NCBI GenBank assembly: GCA_028023455.1
Contig: JAQFVV010000009.1
Location: 12,462,001 to 12,526,000, forward strand
DNA: 64,000 bases
Source: Epiperipatus broadwayi
Taxonomy: Eukaryota > Animalia > Onychophora
Direction of reading: 5' to 3'
Numbering within the stretch: the first letter of the stretch is position 1; every line of letters begins with the position of its first letter. Below are positions 41,068 through 54,420 of this stretch, piece after piece. The notes under the pieces were generated by a model, which made no database searches, was not told where the DNA came from, and saw only the letters and a program-made list of their open reading frames with translations. A program made the translations under genes and the position numbers.

Positions 41068-41569
41068 TTAAACACTTAAAACTACTTCAACCATAGACAA
41101 ATTTAAATTAATATAGTAAAATGGACTTCAATAATGTTCAGGACTTACAAAATACTTTATTTAAATTGGCATATACTTATATAACTTTAATAAAGTTAAC
41201 TTACAATAAGGTTAAGCTAATGGAAAATAATGTTCCTTTATACATTTTTTTTATATTTAAATACATAGAATGGCTGAAAGTCTAGCATCACAGGCAAAGT
41301 CAAAGGTTACAATAGGTTCAATCATATTATGCACTGCATGTGTAACTATGCACTCTAATGATAGAGATGTATCCTAGGAGCCATTGTATATTGCCTCTAA
41401 TCCTTATATGCTGTTAACTGGGGCATATTTTGCTTTTTTATGGCTAAGTAAATGTCACATGCCTGGGTAAATGTTGGCTACAAGTATAATCATATATATA
41501 TAATGTTATTAGAGATTCTAATACAAAATATAAGAATAAAAATTTTAATAATAATATTGATTTTCCTGC

Positions 41570-42128
41570 TAATAAAAGAATATGGATATCATTACCATAT
41601 ATTTCAAATGATCAAGTAAATTTTATAAGGAATATTTATAAAGATATATGTGATATTGCATATTACACGCCTACATTAAACAAATTAATAAATAACTCTA
41701 AAAATAAAACCTCATTTATAAATAAAAATTGTGTCATTTATAAATGGATACATAGGTGTGGGAGTGGATATATAGGTGAATAGAGATGTACATTGGAAAA
41801 AGAACTAAAGAGCCCTTGCTGTTATTAAAACGTGTTCAGAAATCGAAACAAAATTATAAAGTAGATAATAACATTTCAGCGTCTGTTTTTTACAACCATA
41901 AGTCATGTATTTATGGTTCTGATTTCAATTTTAATAATGTAAAAATATTGCAAATTGAAAAAAAATAACAATAAAAAGAAAATAAAGGAAACTATGCTAA
42001 TATACAAATACAAACATGATTTAATTAACAGGCAGACAGCAAACATTAAAATCACAGAATTGTGGGAAGGTTAGCCTTACAAAGTGTTAATTGATAAAGA
42101 TTACTAAGATAATCAAAAGCACTCTTAA
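41570..42128 (+). mobile_element. Penelope-like element 3' end: GIY-YIG endonuclease remnant followed by a decayed HHR
   Basis: WISLPYI, VIYKWIHRCGSGYIGE, then NNISAS...FNFNNVKILQIEK. HHR-like 42087-42128 reads UUAA-UUGAUAA-A-GAUUA(CUAAGA)UAAUC-AAAA-GCAC-UC^UUAA. Confidence 0.75.
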
Positions 42129-44899
42129 GTGGATAAAATTTTTAATTATCTAATTACTGTATTTATAAATATTCAATTATATAATTACATATATATCCAT
42201 ATATGTGTGCTTCATCATTTACTGTTTGTTTAACTTACTGATCCTAAGGTCAACCACAGTTAATGGATATTAATATGAAATATAAAATATTTAGTGAAAT
42301 TTATATATATGTATATAAATGTTATAGGTGTTTGTGTAGGCCAAGTACAATTGAAGAAAAAGAAAAACATTTAAAGTAAAATAAATAAAAAAAATCATTA
42401 GCAAATAAATGTAAGCTACTGGATTTGAGATAATGTAAAGTAGATCAAACAATAGATAATAGGGAAATAGTTCCAGGTAAATACCTTCCTGGCTAAATTT
42501 AGCTTCCCATCAATTTTAAAACTGATGAAAGTGTAAAAATTGGTCAGGAATGAGTATCAAAAAACAGTAGTATTAGAAACATGAGATGTTTTTAAGATGT
42601 TATATACAAAGGAAGCATTAGTAGACTTCCATTAATACTAAAGGCAGGACTGGGAAACATTAATGTTTCCAAGCATTCAAAAAATGGGGTAAAATGAGTA
42701 TAAATACTTCAAATTGTTTGTAAGAGATTTTTTTCTCATTCTTAAATTTTAACTGTGATATAGAAGATACTTAAAATCTCAGTCTGAATTATGTCCGAGT
42801 AGAGAAGCTCTCCACTCTCCCATGAGTTTGTTCTCAGAAGTATGTCCAAGAAATGAAATCCAGCCAAAGACCAGTGTTATGCTTGAAGACCACCTACCTT
42901 AACTACCATGAAGAATTATGCCTATCCAAAAAATGAAGCATCTGACCTTTCTTGATGTAAACCTCAACAGCCATAAAACACATCCTGCCAATCTTATGAA
43001 GCATGAATCATCAACTCTTAATCTGCCAGCTTTTAGAAGAATAATTTATATAAGCACTGTCTTTGTTAAATGGTAATATTTTATCCTCATTTTATTTGTT
43101 TTTATTTTATTTTATATCTATAATACAGCATTCAAGCAAGTATTATAGGTATCAACTAATTTTCTTATATATATAATGTTAATGTATGTATAGTAAAGAC
43201 TAAATAGTGTTTTTGTTATATGTATCTATATAGAATATTAAGGTGTGTACAAAATAGTAACTATCTTTTTTTTTTTTTTTATTGATTTGTTTAGTAATAC
43301 ATATGCAAAGTATAAGGTGAGCAGTTGGATGACAAATTTAAAGTTATATTAAAATATTTCAAAATTCTACCCTCATCTCATTATTTAAGGCAAAACTCAT
43401 TTATTTTAGCTTAAAAAAATGAACTTTCATGCATCTTCTATCAGTTTCGTTATTACGATTGTATAATGCATTCAAGCATTTTCAAAATGTAAACATCGTT
43501 TTCATCATAATATTAACGGAAATCTATGCAGGCACTTTTTACACCATTGTTTCCATCTTTCCTTCTACTTTCCATAAAGGTGAATTTTATTTTTCTACAA
43601 TAAAAAATAAAATTTTATGATAATTTTTGTGATCAGTAAATTGCATTTTTTTGTCTTTAGAACTCTTTTCTTTGATAGTTACTGGAAAAGATTTCACCCT
43701 GAAAAATATATTGGTAAAAAGTTTTACTTTTTCCAATATATTTTGAAGACAATGTTATGGGGGGCCTAATGCTTTTTTTTTTTAAATTTTTTCTATATTT
43801 TTTAATTATTATTAATTTTTATATATTTTTTAATTATTATTTTTTTATATATATTTGATAACAAATACATGAAAAAATTATTATTGAAACTAATATATTC
43901 TAACCTATATCTCATGCTTCCCCACTTCAGAATAATATATGATATAAAATATGATAGGGTTCTATCTCAGTTAATAATTAATAACTAAAATATTCAGCAT
44001 TAAAATTAAAATATTTCACTAGCTCAAATTTAAAATACGAATAAGGTTCAGTTTATAAAAATAAATTAAATAAATATTTAAATATTTTCATGAGACTTGA
44101 AGTGAAAATACAGGTGACAAGATAGATTACATTGAGCCAATATCCCACAGGATACTACCTCAATGGCATAAGAACACTATCCCCCTTTATTACTATTTCA
44201 AATAACAAACTCATAGTATTCTTATGACTTTAATAACTTCTACTCACTAAGATTAAACTAATAATTAAGTCTTAATCTTCTATTTAATAATCTAGCTCAA
44301 TAAAATAATCTCAGGTTCATCAAGTTTATTCTAAGTTAATTTAAAATATGGTAGTAAAATATGAGAAGGGATTTTATGTCATAATCTACTACACTTAAAC
44401 TAATAATAATAAATAATAACAATAATATTCTTCATTGTTTAATTAATTCTGTATATCTTTTCTTTTTACTATAATTTTATTACCATAATAAAATAATGAA
44501 ATAATATAATATGATCTTATATCTTTATGTAATGATATAATAAATACGTGGTAGCATTTTAATAATCTGACAAACAAAATATGTGTGGCAACTGATAGCA
44601 TATAATTTAATATAATATTGTGATAACTGATTTATGACCAATAAAATAATGTAAGATTATGATTATTTAATTATAATGAATACCAATAAAATATTTAAAA
44701 TTCTTAAAATAATTCTCTATTGATCTTTTGTGCAAAATTATATATTTGTTTCAATCATTATGCATATATCGTGTTTTCATGCAGCGATGTGGAGAAATAA
44801 ATAACTCGGACACAAAACTTTTGAAATAACAAAATTTAACAAAGTTTATTACTAACAATAAATAAATAAACAATTTATTTACACTATTTACAGTGGATA

Positions 44900-47800
44900 T
44901 CCTTAACTTTTTTACTTTACAGTTTGATCTACCGGGTTAAAAAATAATAATAATTTATATTTCAATTATATCTTTATTTAAATTTAGGACAAAGTTAAAA
45001 AAAAAAAATGTTACTATTTGGTTTCTCATTATGATTAACTTATTACAAAATATATTTATTTACTTTATTAGCAACAGCATTTTATCCTTAATATTATTAA
45101 ACTATCTTATTTTAAAAAAAATTCATACTTAGAAAAACATTCTATAGAAAACAAAATTTTATAATGAGTATAGATTTCTCAAGATATTTTTTAAAAAAAT
45201 TTCATCTTGCAAAGTCAAAGATGTTACACAAAATATTATCCAAAATTAAGTACTAGATTTTAGTATTTATCACACAATGTTTACTAATCATAATGTATTC
45301 TTCTTTAAGCCTTACTTTAGTATGATATAAGTGTAATCATCAATATATTTCTGTTAATCAATAAACAAAAAATATACTATGCATATTGTTTACATAATTT
45401 ACTTTGTACTATTGCATTTTAAAAATATGCAATACTTATTTTTCTCTTAAAAAAATAATACTAAAGCATTTAAAATTATTATCACTTTAAAGAAAATATC
45501 TTTGTTTAGATACTTTATTTTAAAAAAAATTTATATTTCATTTCCGAAATAAAATTCAAAATATATTTGATGATTCTTTTCTTTCCTTAGGATACTTTGG
45601 ATCTTCAATTTTAAGTTATAATATTCTGCTCCTTATAAGCAAATAAACTAATCTTATACAAAAACGATAGCATAACCTAAGTTCTAAATTATTTATCATT
45701 TCTCTTAAACATATCTTACTGAACGATGCAGTTACATGAAATAACGATAGCGAAAACAGATGCATAGGATTAAGGAAGAAAGCTAGAGTATTACTCTTAA
45801 CATATCTCAAAATCATGGTACAGTGTGAAGAGGTATGACAATTACCTGCCTAATATCCTCTAGTACAGGGACGATGTTAAAGCTATTTCTTCAGCTTTAT
45901 TAGAACATCAAATATTTAAAGAAATATAAACACTGTCCAAATAAAATGTGTATCAGTCATAGGGCTTTGTTAACTATGCTGATAACCACATAAAGACTAA
46001 ATATTATTCCCATTCCTTATCATATCCTATTTTAAAAATACATCATCTTGGTTTCCTGCTAACTATAGTACTTCCAAGCCACTATCTCAACATTATTTCT
46101 CAAGATTTTTCTACATCTTACATCGATAAAATAACTATCTGCATTTACAAAACAATAAATAAAATTCATTAATAGTTAGACAATCTAGCTGTTCTACAAG
46201 AAAAGTCTGCTTACTTCATTATTCTATATGTCTAATCATATACAATCTACTTAGACAAGATTTGAATATCCAATAACATGAAATTTTAAAAGAATCACAT
46301 AACTATTTGTTATATGTTGGATTATATCACTAATATAAAAAAAAAAAAATTGTCGTATGCATATTTTCAAATCAATCCTATCTCATAATGTTTTTTTAAA
46401 ATGTTGTATGAAATGCGGTACATATAAGTAAAAAAAAAAAAAAACTTTTACACTTCATTCTTCCAATTTATGGATGATCTAAAGAAAACAAAAAAATATA
46501 CATTATAAAGTATCAATAGTTATTATTATTACCAATAACCTTTATCTAGTCATCGTGTTCAGTAGGCTTTTCTTTATCCACTTGAGCATTGCAGATATAA
46601 AAAATTCACACCCATACACTTTATATTAAAATATTTTTAGCTAAATTATTAGATTGTTATATTATAAAATTTTAATATTAATAAATTAATGTTTTTATGT
46701 TTTTCCTAATCTTATATAAAATTTTAGATTTAAACTAGGTTAACAAAATAAAAGGAATCAAAACTATAGTTACATATTTTCTTGATGATAGTTCCTGATA
46801 AGTCCAAAATGCTTATTATTTTCTCTAGAGTTTTTCAAAAATGTTCTTCTCCAAGCGCGTTAAAGTTTAAAATAAAATAATTATTAATCCATTTAGTAAA
46901 ATTTAGAAAATAATCCTTGGTTTTAATTTTTAGGACGATAATATTAATTAATCCCGTGAAGCTTCTTAATCTTCTCTACCAATATTCTCTGCATATCCGA
47001 TGCATCAATCCATCTAATTTAACTTTAAAAATATTCGATAAACTTTTAAGTACTATTTGTATTTCCATGGATCCATCTTTTATTCAACTATGTATTCACT
47101 TTTTTATATATGTTTTCTTCTTGATACATTTAAACTTTCGTTTGGTATTTTTATATATCACTTTTAAAAATAAATTAAAAAATGTTACCTTCAGAAAGGA
47201 TATAACATTTTACTCCTTTTGATATAATATTATATAAAATAATTCATGAAATATAATTGTCTTATTACTATTTAAAAATAAATCTTGGATAAACTTATAA
47301 ATAATACGTTTCAATACATTTTTTAGACTCCGTATAATGTCCGAGCTGTGGTTTTTTATATACCAAAACAGTTCTTCGGTGAAGTATTAATAAAGCTGTA
47401 TCAATAAATATTCCAAACATTTTTACAGTATTACAATTTCTATCCATTTTATTCCACAGTATATCCATTTTTATTGCGTAGTCTAGGTTAAATTTTTAGA
47501 TAAAATACTACTGATAAAGGAACTTTAAAAAATTTAACAAAGCATGTTAAACAAAATTATTAAAATATTTTTTTAGTTTACACTCTCTTTTTTGCAAGTT
47601 ATTTTTAAAATATTAATTAGTTTTTGCAAATAAATTATGAGAGAGCGCTAAAATTGACTAAAATAATAATTTTAAATACTATCCTTTGATAGCTATAATT
47701 TACCTTTCTCCGGTTTCAATACATTATTAATCTCCCCCTATACTCCCATGCAATTCATATTTATAGTCTGTAAGAATACCTATTCCTATTGGTTAATTCT

Positions 47801-48972
47801 TACTTTAGCTTGAGAACAAATTTACATATTTTCAGTTTATAGCAGGATTGAATTTCAAAATTAGAAATTATGACATAATGAACTTAAAATATTATTTAAA
47901 ATATTACTTTTAAATCAATTATTATTTTATTAAAACCATTTAAACATTTAAAATAACTTTTAAAACAATTTTAATAACTTATTCCATTTCTTAATATTCA
48001 ATTTATCTATTTTTATTTAAATAAAATATTTAATTTTTATATTATGAATGTATTCGTCTTTATTACATTATTTAAACATGTTATACAATAGTTAACTTAA
48101 TGTTTAATACTATTTACTTTTATGATAGGCAATAATTCTATCCAATTCTATAATACAACTTTTAAAATATTTTAAACTTTGTTATTATTTCAAACAAGCG
48201 TGTGTGTGTGAGTATACATTAAAAGTCACATGATTAATAACTTTGACAGACGATTTTTAATCTATTTCTCTGCCTAGATTTATAAAATTGATACACTTAT
48301 TATATTATATAAAATAATTATAAAAAATTTGGAAGAACAATTTAGAAAATATAGAATTAGATATAATTTTCACCATCACAAAGTTTATTTTAAAAATATA
48401 CTATATTAATTTTGACTATTTAAATATGATTACAAATCTAAATATAGCATTTATTAAATTATACATTTTAAACTATTAAAATCGGATTTTTAAATATACT
48501 TTTAATTTTTATAGCTGTGTTATTTAATATGGCCAGCTTTTACAACCATATGCAACAATATTTTAAGCTTTACATAACTATTTTTAAATGATTTTATACT
48601 ACGTATTATCTTTAGCTTCAAATTGTGCTTTAAAGATATAATTGACTTAATATAATTAATGTATTAAAAGAACATATTCTAAAATTTAAAATTTTTAGTA
48701 ATTGACTGTTATAAACTATTACTGACTTATAGAAAAGGGCACAATATATATATAAAATGGATTGTGATTGAGCTTGGCTCCAGTATTTGAATTAGATGAT
48801 ATCAGATAAAGATATACATGTTTTTCAAATATTATGACCTGATTTAGATTTTTCTATAATCTCTTGTTTGCATTTTAATAATATATATACACAAATGCTA
48901 AAAGTAAAGATTTTGACAGTATATATATATATATAAATTATTAATCAATGTCTGTATTCCAATTATAATAAA
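44900..48972 (-). mobile_element. Large decayed Penelope-like element; RT at ~46000-45100 with a ~2.9-kb upstream coding-like region
   Basis: RT motifs in order: IKL.K...HRP (~45900), SLFHVTASFSKI.LRE.I (ORF 45616-45816), F*NKVSKQ (~45520), KYIDDYTYII (~45350-45320) and a frameshifted LNF(L)D (~45250). Confidence 0.6.
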
Positions 48973-49272
48973 ATATATATAATTATTCAAAACAATACAA
49001 TAATTAATACAGTAACAATATTTTAAACAAATATATATCAATTTAAAGAAGTACTTTCAACTATCTATGTAGTCGTTGTCAACTAGACTCAAATTGTATT
49101 AGAAAAAACCGTTACAAATGTAATTTGTTTACATTTGTAACGGTTTTACAATTTGAGTCTAGTTGACAACGACTACATAGATAGTTGAAAGTACTTCTTT
49201 AAATTGATATATATTTGTTTAAAATATTGTTACTGTATTAATTATTGTATTGTTTTGAATAATTATATATAT
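48973..49272. repeat. 300-bp near-perfect palindrome; each arm contains a degenerate HHR
   Basis: 126-bp outer stem (48973-49098 / 49147-49272), 7-nt bulge, 18-bp inner stem, 5-nt loop TTTGT, no mismatches. HHR-like at 49149-49206 (+) and 49039-49096 (-). Confidence 0.95.
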
Positions 49273-51079
49273 ATATAAACTACTAACTTATGAACCTCAA
49301 GCTTAACTCTATAATGAATTTAGTATTTCATTCAATTTTTATTTTATTTTATTATTTTATTTTGTATATAGTGACTATTTTAGTAGCAATTTTTAATAAA
49401 TTACAAACTGTATTGAAGTTTTTTATTATAATATTCAAATTATATTAATTATTGATCAATATTAACTACTTGTTTTGTTATTAGAGATGACATATACATT
49501 GCAAACCCCTATATGGAAATTAATTTTGAAGGGCTACAGAAAAAAAGGAAATTTTCAAATGATGGATTAACTTAGGTAAGTGTTATTATATATTAATTTT
49601 TTAGAAATTTTATTATGAATCCAACTAACCTACTAACAAAAATATAATTTTAAGTTGTATGCATTATAATTTAGAATTTATGAAATAATATGAAAATAAT
49701 TATTAGAAATATTAACTTTTATTCTTTTTTTATTACTTTGGATATCAATGACTATATTTCTTTCAGCTTAATTACATTCTTTGGCATTTGATCTTTAAAA
49801 TAATATATATCATGTCATTTTTAGTAATACAAACATATATTATGATAAAATTTGTGGCTTAACATAATTTTTTAAATATTCAATATGGCTGCTTCATCAG
49901 TGCAAAGGTTAAGATAAGAAGGGAGAGAAAAGACATTGCAATTTTTATTTTTTACCTATATATATATGTGTGTGTATGTTATATGTAGTTAAACCATGAT
50001 GCCTGTTGTTTAATTATGTTATGGGAAAGACACTATATATGCATCTATTTAATGTTCTGATTTTTAAAATAAAGGAAAGTACCTTACAATCTTTTATATA
50101 TATTTGTTATACATAGTTATCACTGATATTTATTAATTAATCATGCTATGAGTAAGATGCTAGTCTATATATGTGTCTATTGAATTTAATGGTTTTTTTT
50201 GACAGAAGAAAATACAGTGCAATCTTTACACACATCTATTAGTGTATATTTATTAATTATGCTACGGGTAAAATGCTAGTATATATATGCATCTACTTAA
50301 ACTAATGATTTTGAAAAAGGGGGGGGGGAGGTATTTGACTTTATTATAACAATTTTTTTTTGCATAGTAGCATACATTGATCTTATATCCTTGTATTGAA
50401 CTTTAATCAGGTTTTAATATTAGTGTCATTTGTCTGTATTCCCTACAATAGTACTTAGTGATAGTATTCATGTCTCTACATTTATTTCCTTTCCAAATTA
50501 CTTCATCCAGCCATTTCATTAATAGTGGATATACCAGTCATCTGGAGTTAACTCTGATTGAATTGGAAAATTAAGAAGCAATTGATACAAGGCTAAGGAA
50601 GTCTATTTCATTCCTGAACTCCAATCATGCTAAGGCAAATGAGTTCCTCCCCTACATATTATTATGATAAGCAAGCCATCCATAAATCAAATAATCAAAA
50701 ATGATGATGTTGTTGTAGTTGAGATATGCAATTATATATATGTTCAATCAGTACCACCTTCAATCTCATTTGTAAAATAGTTATACCTGGATATATGCAA
50801 TGTGGGTTTATTATTCAATATCGGTTGTTATTTAATCTTTGATTTTCTTTTACATAAATAAGGCTTGACCTTTGTGTTGACAATTTTTCAGCTTGTTTAA
50901 CTATTTAAGGAATATTCACCTTACCAGGTATACATACCATAGATTGAATTATGCAATACAGTCTACAGAACCGAACGCAATCATTTCAAGTAATTTGTAT
51001 CAATGTTTTTTTATTTATTTTAATATGGTAAGCCATAGCTAACCTGATATATACATACAAGTACTCTGCTTGTTATTTG

Positions 51080-52600
51080 TATTAGTGGCTGTCCATTATT
51101 ATAGTTGATGTTAAATCCTGATCATCAGGATTCATTGAGAAAATTTAACTCTTGGGAGGTTAAGGGAGTGAGTTGCTTAGAAATGATTTTAAGATGTGGA
51201 CAAAATTTGAACCCCTTTTAGCTTTATCTTTGTGTCTGGTTAAAGCAGCTACACTTTCTGACCACTACAGTTTTTTTTGTATAATCTTTCCCACATTTAT
51301 TTAAAAAAAGCTAAGTAAATGTAGACTTTATTGAACTAATAATAAATTGTAGTATATGATAGAAACATGTGGTAGCTGTCCATTATTATAGTTGATGTTA
51401 AAACCTGATCATTATTCTAACTAGGTCTCTTTAAGAATCTTATCTACCTGATCACTGGGATGTATTTAGAAAATTAACTCTTGTGAGATTAAGGGGGTGA
51501 GTTGCTTGGATATTATTTTGAGATGTGGATAAAGTTCGAACTCCTTTTAGCTATGCTGGTAAGTGTTGTGAATGGGTTCAAACATTGCTATCAACTTATG
51601 TAGTTCATCAGCCAGAGCTAATATCCTGGAAAGTGGGTGGGTTTTTCTGGTAATTTGGTCAATGTTAAATAAGTATATTTATATAGGCCTGGTAACTCTG
51701 CATAGGGCTTAGTTACAATCCTCATATTTGTAGGCATAACATATGTTGCAGAAAAAAATGAATTCTGGGTGAATGCAGGCAATAGAATTCTCATTGTTTT
51801 TCCAAAAGGTAATGTAGTTGTTATTATTTCAACAATATACATTATTGCACAATAAATGGATTATATGAATTTTACAATAGTTTTTCCAGGATTACATTGG
51901 CATGACAGATTTAACAAATGTGATATCAATTAGAAAAATAGCATTGTTCAAACGTGTTTACAAGGAATTGTTGCTAAGCATGTTTTATTAACATAGCTGA
52001 TCACAGTACAATTAAAGAGGATAAGATTACATGGAAATATTGCACAGTGTGTAGATATCTACATTAGTAATCATACATGATTTTTATTAATGATTTTTCT
52101 GTCATAGGGAGAGATGAGAAATATGTTAGATTGAAATGTTACATGGAGTTAATAGGTATTGTGGATTTAAACTGTAAGAGGGGTAAATTTCATTTGTTCA
52201 AAATAAAAGTTCATATATCTTGATTTTGACTGGTTGGTAATAAAATACTGAAATGGATGAGGTTAGTGATAAAGTTGAGTGTATGCTTGACAATATTGTT
52301 TCCTAGGTTGGATTGCTCTTTAAGGAGTGACCATGTGGCTGCAAAAATGTCTGAGGGGGGGATATGTTGCAATCTCATGTTTTTAACTGTAGTAATTTGT
52401 TGATAAATGTAAATGGAAGCTTCCTGGTGTTGTTGACAAACATGAAAAAGGCAAATAGGATAAAGGTGGCTGCACATGCTATGGGGATGTATGATTTTTG
52501 GAAGAGCTGACTTATATGTTGTATAAAGGTGGGGGCACCAGTATGTTTAACATGATTCGTCATGTGGAGATGAGTGCCAGTCAGTCATTAAAGATGTATT
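51080..52600 (-). mobile_element. LINE fragment: endonuclease C-terminus and pre-RT linker, with a duplicated ~190-bp segment
   Basis: GAPTF...KSYI and SWKNYC..FWK. Shares KTMRILLPA with ORF 26964-27197. 51085-51275 resembles 51375-51555. Confidence 0.6.
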
Positions 52601-53099
52601 GTTAAGTCTTTTGGCTGCAATGCATAGTCTAAAAAATGGATCGACATTTTCAGATGTGGAGAAAGCAGAAAATTGAGATGGATCAGGAAGTCAAAAACTT
52701 TTGGTTCCAGGGACCATAAACCACAGTAAAATAATAGAAATTTCCCATCTACTAACATCTTAAAAAGTAGTCGCTATTATTTTGTTCAGTAAAACTGTCT
52801 AAAGTTTTTTTAATCACTTGTAGCATTATTTTGTAAACATACAAAGTGATTGTTTTGACTTTATTTGCAAAAATATCTAATTTCTATTACTTATTTTTCT
52901 TTAGATTTTTTTATAGACAAGGAAAACTAATTTGTTGCTTTAAAACTGTTAAGAGCTTTTTGCCAATTTTTCCACCGTAGTACTATTTTGTTGAAAACAC
53001 ACAAAGAAAATTATTTGTCACTTCATTCTGACCAAGAAAAAAATTAATTGTTTATTTGGTTTTATCCCCCCCCCCCCATCTCATCAATTTTCAATACTT

Positions 53100-54420
53100 T
53101 TTACTTGTATAAATATGCAGCAAAAGAATGAGCTGAAATTAGAGGAAATTTCAGATAAAAATCAAAAGTCATAAAAGAAAACATAAGAATGTTACAAGAA
53201 ATGCAGCAAAAGAGTGAGTTAAAATTTGAGATGAAAATAAAGGGTTACAAAGAAGAAAATGCAAAGATGCTGCAAGAAATATGATTGGAAAATCGATGAT
53301 AAATGGAAGGCAATTCATGCAAAGTTGCTATAAAGTAAAAAGAGCTGCAAGAACTATTAGAGAAGATATGATGTCACAGACAGTTAAGGAATACAAGATA
53401 TCTGATGATAAAAAGCAAATTATTAATAAATTTGTTACAAGCTAGGTACATGTACAGGAGTACTACAGGCCATCACAGAAAAAATGGAAAAACTTGGAAG
53501 TCTAGAAATTAAGAAAAGGACCAGAAGAGCAGAAGTGTTGGAAAGCTTCAAGATAGCATGAGAGAGACCCAAAGAGAGGTGGCTGGTATAATTAATGAAA
53601 TAAAAATGAAAGGATAATCAAAACTAATTGAAAACATGCTATGCAAAAATAAGAATATGAGATAGAGACCATGCTAAAATAATTAAATAAACTCCTACAC
53701 ATAGAATGCATAAAACAAGAGACATATATTGTAATATTAATCAGTTTCTAAACATTTAAGTATTTTAGGGTAATGTGGGAGAATCACCAATAGAACAGCT
53801 TAAGAGCGTGGATAACTATTTTCAATTGAATACCTTAAGAGAAAATGAACAAATAGCTGTGGCATATATTACCTCCAAGGTCTTTCAAAAAAAATGTGGA
53901 ATTCATTAATAGCTAAACCATCCTTCTTGTACTGTGAAAAATCCTCAATAATTTCTAGCATGAAGAAAGGCAAGAAAAGATCCAGTACCAGGTGATGCAA
54001 GAAAGATTTTGATTGAATAGCACTGTGTCAAATGGTGAAGATAAGAACTCTCAATACTTGCATTTTAATGGAAAGTCAAATTGTCCAAATAGTATGGCAC
54101 AATTTGCCATTTTTAATGAAGCAGATGCTTTTAAACACAGATAGAAAGACCATCAAATAAGTGACAGTTTCTTAATTCTATTGACCTAAAATATGCAGGG
54201 TTAGAATGACAATAGGAATGAAAACAAGTCCTTTAATAAATTTAGGAAAAAGCCTCATATAGGATATATGAAGATATGGAATAATACTAGGTTTCAACCA
54301 TACTGGAAAAGAATAAAAAGAACTGGTAGTGTAGATCAAACCAGAATTGTAAGACAATCTAGAAGCTACTAAGTCCAAAACAAACAGTTATTCTAACTTA
54401 ATCACTACTTAAATCTCCAT
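53100..54420 (+). mobile_element. Decayed Gypsy-like remnant (coiled-coil/gag trace, integrase-tail trace)
   Basis: GNVGESPIEQLKSVDNYFQLN...QIAVA is a gag-like trace, and RFQPYW lies near 54295. Heavily interrupted. Confidence 0.4.

Noticed and set aside
44900-49272. Endogenous hairpin-ended DNA virus or linear plasmid with a protein-primed PolB (FIDTAL resembling DTDS; NFEIQSCY resembling motif A)
   Set aside because: The PolB resemblance needs several substitutions and the motif spacing is poor. An ordered PLE RT motif set (including YIDD) and an HHR in the hairpin explain the region better. Not formally excluded for 47.3-47.9 kb.
49485-49575. Host exon with good AG / GTAAGT sites
   Set aside because: All frames contain a stop by the exon end and there is no partner exon or recognisable protein; it could be non-coding. 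Similar isolated candidates (1767-1807 minus, ~6935-6944 minus, ~19790-19917 plus, ~33727-33760 minus) cannot be joined into a gene model.
51600-52600. Cys-rich envelope glycoprotein or viral ORF
   Set aside because: Other frames give endonuclease-end and pre-RT linker motifs, and the homologous copy at 26.7-27.6 kb is linked to a clear LINE EN start.
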